From positions 1 through 21,886 of the forward strand of contig JAYQLI010000006.1 of NCBI GenBank assembly GCA_038143065.1: 21,886 nucleotides of DNA, given 5' to 3'. The notes beneath the pieces were generated by a model. That model worked only from the letters and a program-made list of their open reading frames with translations. It did no database searches and was not told the origin of the DNA. Below, piece by piece: positions 6,316 to 15,649 of the stretch. How positions within the stretch are numbered: position 1 is the stretch's first letter; each line of letters begins with the position of its first letter. The stretch comes from Rhodospirillales bacterium (GTDB lineage: Bacteria; Pseudomonadota; Alphaproteobacteria; Bin95). The translations under genes and the position numbers were made by a program.

Positions 6316-7429
6316 ATGTTTACACGTAGAACACTTATGGGATCGGTTGCCGCGATTGCAATTGCTCTTAGCGCTATGCCGGCAGCGGCAGATCCGACCG
6401 CAGCTTTGGCTGCGCTTCAGGAAAGCGTTCTGTCCAAAGGACCGAACGGCGAGGACAAGCCCGGCGGCTGATCTGTCGCTGAGCGGTGCCGAGATCGACC
6501 AGATCAAAGCTATGAATGCAACTGCGGCGATTGTTATGCATTACGGCGGAAACGATTGGTCGCGTGCACAGATCGAAGGTTTGAAATTCCAGTTCGCTGA
6601 AATGGGTATAGACGTTATCGCCGTCACTGACGCTGGCTTTAAGCCAGAAAAGCAGGTGGCAGATATCGAAACTGTCATGGCGCGTCAGCCAGATATTATC
6701 GTATCTGTTCCCACTGATCCGGCAGCAACTGCTGCAGCGTACAAAGCGGCTGCGGAAGCTGGTGTGAAAATCGTGTTCATGGAAAATACTCCTCCGGGCA
6801 TGACTGCCGGCGAGGACTATGTGTCGGTTGTGTCAGCCGACAACTACGGCAACGGTGTTGCGGCAGCCCATCTGATGGCGGACGCCCTTGGCGAGGATGG
6901 CGGTCAGATCGGTCTGGTTTATCACGCCGCGGACTTCTTTGTGACGTCAGCGCTATGACGCATTCAAAGCAACCGTTGAGGCAACTATCCTGAGATCGAA
7001 ATTGTTGCCGAACAGGGTATTGGCGGACCGGACTTCACTGGCGATGCAGAAAAAGTGGCCCGGCCATGCTAACCTCTCGGTCTGATATCGACGGCATTTG
7101 GGCTGTTTGGGATGTCCCTGCCGAAGGTGTAATTTCGGCTGCACGCGTCGCTGGTCGTAACGATCTAATCATCACCACGATCGACTTGGGCGAGAACGTT
7201 GCCATCAACATGGCACAGGGCGGTTTCATCAAAAGGCCTGGGCGCGCAGCGTCCGTTTGATCAGGGTGTCGCCGAAGCGATGCTGGCGGGTTATGGCCTG
7301 CTGGATAAAGCTGCCCCTGCCTTTGTTGCCCTGCCGGCACTTCCGGTCAGCAAAGACAACCTTCTGGAGGCTTGGCAAACAGTTTATCGCACAGAAGCCA
7401 CCAAAAACATCCAAAGCAGCATGAAATAA
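6316..7429 (+). CDS. Sugar ABC transporter substrate-binding protein (RbsB-like, Tat-type signal; frameshifted)
   Basis: GGAGGA RBS and MFTRRTLMGSVAAIAIALSAMPAAA signal. Pieces 6347-6958, 7066-7260 and 7199-7429 join through about five 1-bp indels. Confidence 0.85.
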
Positions 7430-7438
7430 TCATGCACC

Positions 7439-7469
7439 GGTCCTGCGGAGCCTCCCTTGCCGCAGGACC
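7439..7469 (+). other. Intercistronic stem-loop after the binding-protein gene
   Basis: Perfect 10-bp inverted repeat GGTCCTGCGG/CCGCAGGACC with no U-tail. Typical of mRNA-stabilising hairpins in ABC operons. Confidence 0.65.
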
Positions 7470-7500
7470 ACCCCTTACCACATTTTGACGGAGCTTTCCG

Positions 7501-8664
7501 ATGACTAAGACCTTAAACGTTGCCATGATTGGCGGCGGTTTCATGGGCAAGGCGCATGCCATGGCCTATGCCGCAATGCCAATGTTTTTCTGGCCCGCCC
7601 CCGCAATTCCTCACCGCAAAGTGGTGGTCGATCTGACCGAAGGTGCAGCGCAAGATGCCCGTGACCGTTTTGGTTTTGACGAAGCTTCGAGCGACTGGAA
7701 AGCAACCGTCAACCGCACTGACATCGATATAGTGGATATTTGCACGCCCAATAATGCCCATGCTGAGATTGCGATTGAAGCACTGAAGGCGGGCAAACAT
7801 GTAATTTGCGAAAAGCCTTTGGCGTCGACGCTCGAAGAAAGTGTTGCCATGGTCAAAGCGGCCAGGGCCTCGGGCACAACGACGATGGTTGCCTTCAATT
7901 ACCGCCGCACACCTGCGGTAGCGCTGGCCAAAAAGTTCATCGAAGAAGGAAAGATCGGTGACGTGATCAATTTCCGTGGCACTTATTTGCAGGATTGGTC
8001 GGCTGATCCAAATGGTCCGTTGTCGTGGCGCTTTCAGAAAAGCATCGCGGGCTCTGGTGCGGTCGGAGACATTGGGACCCATGTTGTGGATATGGCCCAC
8101 TATCTGGTTGGTCCGATTGACACCGTTCAAGCCATTACCCCAACCTATGTGAAAACCCGCCCTATCCAACAGGGTGGCCTGGACAAGCTGGGTGCATCAG
8201 ACAAATCTTCAGATGCGGAACGCGCCCCAGTTGATGTGGACGATGAAGTTATGTCGATGGTGCGCTTTAAATCGGGGGCGATTGGCAGCATTGAAGCCAC
8301 CCGCAACGCCTGGGGTCGCAACAACTTCCTTACGTTAGAAATACATGGCACCAAGGGGTCAATCCTGTTCAACTATGAACGCCGTGATGAATTGCAGGTG
8401 ATGTTCGCCGACGATACCGGTGAAGCGCGAGGTTTCCGGACTATCTATACCGGTCCAGCGCATCCCTACGGCGAAGGTCTATGGCCAATCCCCCTGCGCT
8501 TGGTATAGGCTATGGCGAAACCAAGATCATCGAATGTTACGATTTCTGCAAAGCCATTGTCGATGGCACCAGCCGTCGCCGAATTTTGAAGAGGCTCTTT
8601 TGACGGAAAAAGTCGCGGATGCCTTGCTGCGGTCGGGTGAAAGTGGCGCGTGGAGTCCATCTGA
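7501..8664 (+). CDS. lgdA: Levoglucosan dehydrogenase homolog (Gfo/Idh/MocA family; 3' end frameshifted)
   Basis: Carries stretches I recognise from Pseudarthrobacter phenanthrenivorans LGDH: [63 protein letters not shown] and [16 protein letters not shown]. After a frameshift at ~8492 it continues [13 protein letters not shown]. Likely stop is TGA 8662-8664 overlapping the next ATG. Confidence 0.85.
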
Positions 8665-10236
8665 TGTCAACTGTTGCCGTCCGCATGACGGGCATTTCCA
8701 AACACTTTGGTGGCGTCAAGGCTCTCGATAACGTGGATTTTGAGGTCTTCGCTGGTGAAGTCCATGCCCTTCTGGGCGGCAACGGTGCTGGCAAATCAAC
8801 CATCCTGAAGGTTCTGAACGGGGTTCATATACCCACCGCCGGAACGATCGAGGTGGCCGGCGTCCCGCTGACCACCCACACACCTCGCTGCATCCCGTGC
8901 CGCAGGAATTGCCATGAACTATCAGGAAATGAGCCTGATACCGACGCTTACAGTGGCGCAGAATGTATTTCTGACACGCGAACCCCTGACAGGCGGGATG
9001 ATCAACGACAAAGAGGCCGAGCGCAAGGCGGCTGAGTTGTTCCGTATGTTAGAGGTCGACATTGACCCTTCCTCGATTGTCGGAGATTTGGGAGCAGGGC
9101 AGAAGCAACTGACCGAGATTGTTAAAGCGATCTCGCAGGATGCGCGGGTTCTGGTACTGGACGAACCCTCGACTGCGTTGGCAGTGTCGGATGAACCGTC
9201 TGTTTACCTTTCTGCGTAAACTGAAATCCCAAGGCGTGGCGATTATCTATGTCAGCCACCGCATGGATGAAATTGCCCGAATTGCCGATCGTGCCACAAT
9301 CCTGCGGGATGGTAAGCATGTGACCACGGCCGATATGGCTGATCTGCAGATTGACACCATGATCGAACATATCGTCGGCAAACGCTCGCTAGGACTGGCG
9401 GATGTCGAACGCAAAGACGTCATACGCGGCGATATTGCGCTGGAGCTGCGCAATGTTTGCGGGCGCGACAAGCCTCAGAACATTTCGTTGAGCATCCACA
9501 AGGGCGAGGTTGTGGGACTTGCAGGTCTTTTGGGATCAGGCCGGACATCTTTGGCAAAGTTGATCGCGGGCATTGAGCCGATCACCTCGGGAGAGATCCT
9601 TATCAACGACCGCCCCGTGAACATTCGCCGTCCAAGCGATGCTATAGCGGCCGGCGTGGCGCTGGTGCCCGAGGCGCGTGCGACCCAAGGCATTATTCCG
9701 GCACACTCGGTTGCCGACAACGCAACTCTTGCGGTGCTCGACGATCTATCCAACGCCGGATTTGTTGATGTCAACAAGTTGCGCCAAACGACTGATGCCC
9801 AGATAAAGAGCTTGTCGATTAAAACCGCCAGTCGAAATCATGCAGTCAGCACTTTGTCCGGCGGTAATCAGCAAAAGGTTGTCATTGGAAAATGGTTAGC
9901 TGCAGACCCCGACGTGTTTGTCTTGGACGAACCGACCGCGGGTATCGACATTGGCTCCAAATCCGAGATCATCCAAATGGTTCGGGATCTGGCGGCCAGC
10001 GGTAAGGCAATCCTGATGATTTCATCCGAGTTATCAGAACTGCTGACCGCCTGCGACCGCATCATCGTGATGGCAGACGGCCGCGTCTATGATGACATCC
10101 CTCATGTCGATCTGGAAGATCCTGCCGAGGTCAATTCCAACGCTGCCCATAGATTGCAGCTCGCCGAACAACGACTGCAAATCGCAATTCAAGAGGCCCT
10201 GACCGCAGGGCAGGAGGTTTCAATGGTCAACGCTGA
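8664..10236 (+). CDS. Sugar ABC transporter ATP-binding protein (RbsA-like, two ATPase domains; frameshifted)
   Basis: GGNGAGKST Walker [16 protein letters not shown], then [17 protein letters not shown] and LDEPTAG. Frameshifts near 8885 and 9195. Probable true stop is TGA 10234-10236. Confidence 0.88.
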
Positions 10237-11191
10237 CACAAATCCAACGTCAAAGGCATTTAACGCGTTTCTGGCAAACTGGCGCCAAAACATCATCTAC
10301 ATTGGCTTTGTTGCGATCTTTGTAATCTTCGCCCTGACGCTGAACGACCGCGGCTTTTTGAACATGAACAATCTACTGAACATCGTGCGCCAGACAACCA
10401 TGATCGCGGTGATGGCTGTTGCAATGACTTTCGTGTTATCGGCAGGTGAGATTGACCTGTCCGTAGGAGCGGTTGCCGGGCTCGCCAGTGTAAGCGTGGC
10501 CATGGCGATATCCGTCGCCGGACCTTTTGGCGGTATAATTGCCGGATTGGCGACCGGGATCGCGATCGGTGTGTTTAACGGCTGGCTGACGACCAAAATA
10601 GGCATCCCATCGTTCCTGACCACGCTTGCCATGATGGGGATCGCAAAAGGCATCGCTATGTGGGTCTCTGATACTGCTGCGGTTCCGATCCTTTCGCAAA
10701 GCTATGCCTGGTGGTTCGGCGGAGGCTCAATAGGGCTTGTGCCGGTTCTGTTGTTTTGGATGCTCATCTTCGGTGCTGTTGGTCACGTCGTGCTGCGCCG
10801 CACCAGCTTCGGTCGCCGCGTTCTGGCAACTGGCGGTGGTGAACAGGCGGCCAGCTATTCCGGCATTAATACCGCCCGCATCAAGTTTCGAGTGCTGGTT
10901 CTTTCATCAACAGCAGCGGCAATTGCGGGAATGCTCTATGCGGGCCGTTTGCAATCGGGTCGGTTCCAGCTGGGAGAGGGCGACGAGCTTTCGGTTATCG
11001 CTGCCGCAGTGCTGGGTGGTACATCTTTGTTCGGTGGTAAAGGCACAGTGATAGGCACCATTGTTGGGGCTTTGATGATCGGTCTGATCAACAACGGTCT
11101 GATCCTGATGGGGCTGGAGTTCAGCCAGCAACTGATCGCCCGTGGTGGCATTATCATCTTAGCCGTTGCGCTAAGTCAGAAAAGGAGCTGA
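10223..11191 (+). CDS. Sugar ABC transporter permease (RbsC-like)
   Basis: Own CAGGAGG RBS before ATG 10223. GEIDLSVG, IPSFLTTL, FGRRVLATGG and IAAAVLGGTSLFGG motifs. Confidence 0.92.
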   Translation: MVNADTNPTSKAFNAFLANWRQNIIYIGFVAIFVIFALTLNDRGFLNMNNLLNIVRQTTMIAVMAVAMTFVLSAGEIDLSVGAVAGLASVSVAMAISVAGPFGGIIAGLATGIAIGVFNGWLTTKIGIPSFLTTLAMMGIAKGIAMWVSDTAAVPILSQSYAWWFGGGSIGLVPVLLFWMLIFGAVGHVVLRRTSFGRRVLATGGGEQAASYSGINTARIKFRVLVLSSTAAAIAGMLYAGRLQSGRFQLGEGDELSVIAAAVLGGTSLFGGKGTVIGTIVGALMIGLINNGLILMGLEFSQQLIARGGIIILAVALSQKRS

Positions 11192-11194
11192 TCC

Positions 11195-11497
11195 ATGACA
11201 CATGTCACCATTATCGGCACCGTTACGGCAAAACCTGACACCCGGGAAGAACTGTATGATCTACTCGCAAGCCAAGTTGACCCAACGCGGGCAGAAGAAG
11301 GCTGCATCAATTATGATTTTCACGTTGATGCAAAAGACCCCTGCTGTTTTGTTTTCTATGAAAACTGGCGAAGTCAGGCAGATTTGGATGCGCATCTGGA
11401 AATGCCACATCTAAAGCCGCTGTTTACACAACTTGACAGGCTGCTGGACTGTCCTGTCGATATCCGCCACCTGAACATGATAAGCGAGATGGCGTGA
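11195..11497 (+). CDS. Antibiotic biosynthesis monooxygenase (ABM)/YgiN-like dimeric barrel protein
   Basis: TRAEEGCINYDFH...FVFYENW.SQADLDAHLEMPH signature, 100 aa. GGAG RBS. Confidence 0.88.
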   Translation: MTHVTIIGTVTAKPDTREELYDLLASQVDPTRAEEGCINYDFHVDAKDPCCFVFYENWRSQADLDAHLEMPHLKPLFTQLDRLLDCPVDIRHLNMISEMA

Positions 11498-12551
11498 TGG
11501 CATCGCAGATCAAAGGCCCCGCACTATTTCTGGCTCAGTTCGCCGGAGATGAGGCGCCGTTTAACAACCTTGAAAACATCACGAAATGGGCGGCGGATCT
11601 GGGTTACAAAGGGGTGCAAGTCCCAACCATCGACGGGCGCCTGTTTGATCTGGAAAAGGCTGTTGCTAGCGATACTTATATTGACGATGTAAAGGGCATT
11701 TGCGCTGAAGCTGGTGTTGAAATCACTGAATTGTCGGTTCACCTGCAAGGTCAGCTGGTGGCGGTTGCGCCCGCGTACAACGAAGCCTTTGACATCTTCG
11801 CTCCGGAAGCGCTACGTGGTAAACCGCAAGAACGGACCGAGTGGGCGGTGGATCAGGTCAAAAGTCGGCAATTGCTTCCGAGCGTCTTGGCCTGAGCAAT
11901 ATAGTCGGTTTCACGGGCTCTCTTGCTTTCCCGTTTCTTTATCCTTGGCCGCAGCGCCCGCAGGGCTTGATAGAAGAAGCCTTTGCCGAACTGGGTCGTC
12001 GCTGGAAGCCCATTCTGGATTTCTATTCGGAACAAGGTCAGGATCTTGGCTTTGAAATCCATCCTGGCGAAGATGTGTTTGATGGTGCGACGTGGGAGAT
12101 GTTCCTGGATGCTGTGGATGGCCACAAGTCCGCTAGGATCACCTATGACCCAAGCCATTTTGTGCTGCAACAGTTGGACTATCTGGCGTTCATCGATCTT
12201 TACCACGACCGGATCAACGCTTTCCATGTCAAAGATGCCGAGTTCAATCCCGATGGCCGTCAGGGCGTGTACTCGGGCTATCAGAACTGGACCAATCGCG
12301 CTGGCCGGTTCCGCAGCCTTGGCGACGGTCAGGTGGATTTCGCGGGAATTTTCTCGAAGCTGACCCATTATGGCTATGACAGTTGGGCTGTCATGGAATG
12401 GGAGTGCTGCATCAAATCACTCGAGCAGGGTGCGGCCGAAGGTGCTCCGTTTATTGCATCACATCTGATCGACGTCACAGACAAAGCCTTTGACGATTTT
12501 GCCGGTGGCGAACGGGACCAAGCACAAATCAATCGGATGCTGGGACTATGA
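11497..12551 (+). CDS. Sugar phosphate isomerase/epimerase TIM barrel; candidate 2-hydroxy-3-keto-glucal hydratase (LgdC-like; one frameshift)
   Basis: KGPALFLAQF, GYKGVQ, FEIHPGED, YDPSH, FHVKDAE and EWECC motifs. ORFs 11494-11895 and 11841-12551 join near 11860. ATG overlaps the ABM stop. Confidence 0.75.
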
Positions 12552-13636
12552 AGAAACTGAAACTCGGAATGGTTGGCGGTGGCCAAGGGGGCTTTATCGG
12601 AGGCGTCCACCGCTTTGCCGCGCGGTTAGACAATCGCTGGGACCTGGTTGCAGGTGCGCTTTCGTCAAATTCGGAACGGGCGGCGGCTTCGGCGACAGAA
12701 TTGGGGCTAAAACGGTCTTATGCATCCTATGAACAAATGGCGGTTGCAGAAGCTGCTATGGGGGATGGCATCGACGCCGTTTCAATTGTTACCCCGAACC
12801 ACATGCACGCTGGTCCGGCGATTACCTTTCTGAACGCAGGCATCCATGTGATTTGCGACAAACCTTTAGCCGCGACGCAAGAGCAAGCAGACGCGATTAA
12901 AAAAGCGGCGGCCAATTCGAGAGCGCAGTTTTTCCTGACCCATAATTACACTGGCTATCCTTTGGTCCGTCAGGCGCGGAAGCTTGTCGAGGCCGGTGAA
13001 TTGGGCACCATTCGCGTTGTTCAGGCAGAATATGCGCAGGACTGGCTGGCGGAAGAAACCCACAATAAGCAAGCCGATTGGCGGACTGACCCGAAGCAAG
13101 CGGGTGCGGGCGCGATTGGTGATATCGGCACCCATGCGTTTAATTTGTTGTCCTATGTCTCGGGACTGAAAACCGAAGCGCTGTCCGCCGAGCTGCATAG
13201 CTTCGTGCCAGGTCGTCTGGTCGACGACAACGCGCATATCCGCTTGCGGTTTAAACGCGGTGCGAAGGGTCAGGTCTGGGCCAGTCAAGTGGCAATCGGC
13301 CACGAAAATGATTTACGTCTAAGCATCTACGGCGACAGGGGCAGCCTTGAATGGCGTCAGGAAAATCCAAATCAGATGCGTTTCGCAAAATTTGGTCAAC
13401 CTCCACAGACCTTGACGCGCGGCTATGGTGGAGACGCCGGTACGCGTATTCCGCCCGGACACCCAGAGGGATATCTTGAGGGCTTTGCAAATATCTACTC
13501 GGACGTCGCCGATGTGATATCCGGTGTGGGAACTGGATCCGAGCTACCCGATTTGAACTCGGGACTGGAAGGCATGTGGTTCATCAAAGCCTGCCTCGAA
13601 AGCTCGGAACAGGATGGAGTTTGGGTGGACCATTGA
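12548..13636 (+). CDS. Gfo/Idh/MocA oxidoreductase; candidate 3-keto-glucose reductase / glucose 3-dehydrogenase (LgdD-like)
   Basis: GMVGGGQGGFIG, VTPNHMH, CDKP, DIGTH and PPGHPEGYLE motifs. ATGA overlap with the upstream gene. Specific role inferred from context. Confidence 0.8.
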   Translation: MKKLKLGMVGGGQGGFIGGVHRFAARLDNRWDLVAGALSSNSERAAASATELGLKRSYASYEQMAVAEAAMGDGIDAVSIVTPNHMHAGPAITFLNAGIHVICDKPLAATQEQADAIKKAAANSRAQFFLTHNYTGYPLVRQARKLVEAGELGTIRVVQAEYAQDWLAEETHNKQADWRTDPKQAGAGAIGDIGTHAFNLLSYVSGLKTEALSAELHSFVPGRLVDDNAHIRLRFKRGAKGQVWASQVAIGHENDLRLSIYGDRGSLEWRQENPNQMRFAKFGQPPQTLTRGYGGDAGTRIPPGHPEGYLEGFANIYSDVADVISGVGTGSELPDLNSGLEGMWFIKACLESSEQDGVWVDH

Positions 13637-13929
13637 CCTATCCCCAGAAAACAAACACCCCTTTGCCACTGGCCTGTTTGTCGAACTCTTTGTAAGCGCG
13701 GTCAGTACCGCCTAACAACAAGCGGTCCGAGAAGATGTTGTTCACTTTCACGCCATGATCAGCGATGAAATACGCGCACTCTTTCAGGCTTTGTCGCAAA
13801 CTTTGTGGGAAGAAGAGACGTCTTTTTGTAATAACGTCGATACCTTGGCCCGTTGAGTGGCCTCCCACGATTGACATGACAGTAAATCGTTGGAAATCAG
13901 TGGTTTAACCTGGAGATAACTTAGAAAAT

Positions 13930-13974
13930 CAGAGAGACGTTGGGCTAAGGACCCAACGTCTCTCTGGGGCACCA
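13930..13974 (+). mobile_element. Candidate att site: 15-bp inverted repeat overlapping a tRNA-3'-end-like fragment
   Basis: CAGAGAGACGTTGGG (13930-13944) / CCCAACGTCTCTCTG (13952-13966), running into CTCTCTGGGGCACCA. That resembles a tRNA acceptor end with CCA (Leu-like). No complete tRNA is present. Confidence 0.55.
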
Positions 13975-14000
13975 CTTTTCACACATACATGTAATTAAAC

Positions 14001-14033
14001 GGTACCATTTTTATTGGGTACGATTTTGGGTAC
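14001..14033 (+). repeat. Short direct repeats resembling integrase arm-type sites
   Basis: TTGGGTAC at 14014-14021 and 14026-14033. GGTACCATTT at 14001-14010 recurs at 14264-14273. Confidence 0.5.
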
Positions 14034-14656
14034 ATTTAGTTTTCACGGTCTGAGCTGGTACTTTGCCTCGTGCCCGCGCGCGACGCTGTGCTTTACTATG
14101 CTCTGGCCTGCCTCTCGCGCCTGCGTGCGCGACTTGATCATCTGCGCTGAAGTTGGGGTCTACGCGTGCGCCCGTGCGCGACCGAGGTGTCAATGCGTAT
14201 TGCTACATCACCAACCCCTTATTCTGTGCATTCCTCAAAAGGTTAGACTTGGGTGGTATTGTTGGTACCATTTATGGCGTTCTCCAGTTTCATCTGCAGT
14301 TATGCACTAACAATTACCATGGACCAGTCAGATGAGGCTGCTCACGGCATTTCTTTTTCAATCTATTGCACGAACGCATTTATTCTGAAGGGTTGTGGGG
14401 TAATTTATCTCACAAAAACTCTGCATTTAATTTGATGGAGAGGAGTGCGGTTCTTGTGTACGCGCATAGAAATTCTACTCGCATTAATCTTTCGCTGCGC
14501 AACCTTTAACAATAATAAATACGAGCTTTACGTTGACCCCTCTCTCATTGATAGGTTATCCGTCGAGCCATCGTATGAAATAAGTTAATTGATCATTGAT
14601 GCTTTGGTTTGATTGTCATGCAGCACCTGGTTGCAAGCATGCCAAAATAGATCCTA

Positions 14657-15175
14657 TCAATCGTTTATATATGAAAACTTTACTGGTTTTGCATCATCTG
14701 CTTTGATAGAGTGCAACATCCTTTCTATGATGTGTTTCACATCTGGAATATCAATAGCGGCCCTTGCTGAGCCACTCTCAGTTGTTGTGATCCTGAAACC
14801 CCTATCGTATTTCTCGATGTATCCTAAGTCTGCAAGATGGTTTAGTTTGTTACTCACTGTAGATTTGGACAGCCCAAGTCTATCTGCAATGGACCTAACT
14901 GAATACCGCGAGATGTCGGACAACCAATTTTCAGGTCGAGGGGCGCTCGATACCAGTGCTTGCTCAAACATTACGATTAAGACTAAAGCACCACTCAAAT
15001 CACCGTCAAGTTTTTTCGTGATAGACCCTACGGTGTCAACACTAGCAGTCGCAAAATACAACCAACTACTTAAGTGTATGTTCATTTCAAAAACATTATT
15101 CGAGCTTGCCACCTTCTTACCTTTCTTACTTAGTCCGCGATATTTTAAATATCCGAAATTTGGACTATACATCAT
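14657..15175 (-). CDS. Winged helix-turn-helix DNA-binding protein
   Basis: SVRSIADRLGLSKSTVSNKLNHLADLGYIEK HTH. Divergent from the giant protein gene. The N-terminus may extend further through frameshifts. Confidence 0.7.
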   Translation of the reverse strand: MMYSPNFGYLKYRGLSKKGKKVASSNNVFEMNIHLSSWLYFATASVDTVGSITKKLDGDLSGALVLIVMFEQALVSSAPRPENWLSDISRYSVRSIADRLGLSKSTVSNKLNHLADLGYIEKYDRGFRITTTESGSARAAIDIPDVKHIIERMLHSIKADDAKPVKFSYIND

Positions 15176-15649
15176 GCCGAGATTATCCTGAGCGTGTTAC
15201 AAGTTGAACGTGTAACTTTGACCACCATACCATCTGCTTTATTCCTAGCAAGCTTATCAAATGACTCAAAAAGTATCACTTGATAAAGTAGATTTCAGAG
15301 CAACTGAAGGGAGTGACGTTGGGTATTTTGTAATTACAAGAGAAGGCTATTTGTCGGTTGCCCTGGAGTGTGTACTAACCTTTTCTCAAACAGCTAAATG
15401 TGATTTCGCGCAAATCACTGTCGAGGCGTGTAGTGACATGACCCACCACATCAACTTTGCCAGTGGTTTCTTTTACGTCTCCTAGCATTTTTTTCCGGTA
15501 TCGTTGTTTGCTAGTATTGAAGTACAATCGTGTCCAAAATTTGGACTTTTGTAAGTTGTTTAATTTTCGATGCTGCTCTAACCGTTGTTAGAGTAAGGTC
15601 TTTAATGCTGCCAATGACAGCCTATAAGACCGCAATTCCGGAGATTAAT

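Noticed and set aside
9119-11191. Apparent 690-aa ATPase-permease fusion
   Set aside because: The permease has its own CAGGAGG RBS and ATG at 10223. One extra A at 10222 would end the ATPase at TGA 10234-10236. In this indel-rich sequence an artefact is more likely.
7513-13303. Long antisense ORFs (7513-8169, 11853-12368, 12866-13303 and others)
   Set aside because: These are expected shadow frames opposite GC-rich, well-supported genes.
5456-13636. myo-inositol (iol) operon annotation
   Set aside because: The folds resemble IolE and IolG, but iolB, iolC and iolD are absent and the dehydrogenase carries LGDH-specific sequence.
13930-13974. Intact tRNA gene or simple rho-independent terminator
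   Set aside because: No D-arm, anticodon arm or GTTCRA T-loop. The stem is not directly followed by a U-run on the + strand and is 300 bp from the last gene.
13638-13975. ORFs 13638-13877 and 13784-13975 on the minus strand
   Set aside because: No recognisable motif or RBS. At most a gene remnant at the island edge.
14613-15191. 192-aa + strand ORF
   Set aside because: It is antisense to the HTH gene, which has the recognisable motif.
15530-15649. N-terminal signal peptide for the giant protein from GTG 15530
   Set aside because: There is no RBS at 15530, whereas ATG 15650 follows GGAG at a proper distance and starts at the Calx-beta-like domain.
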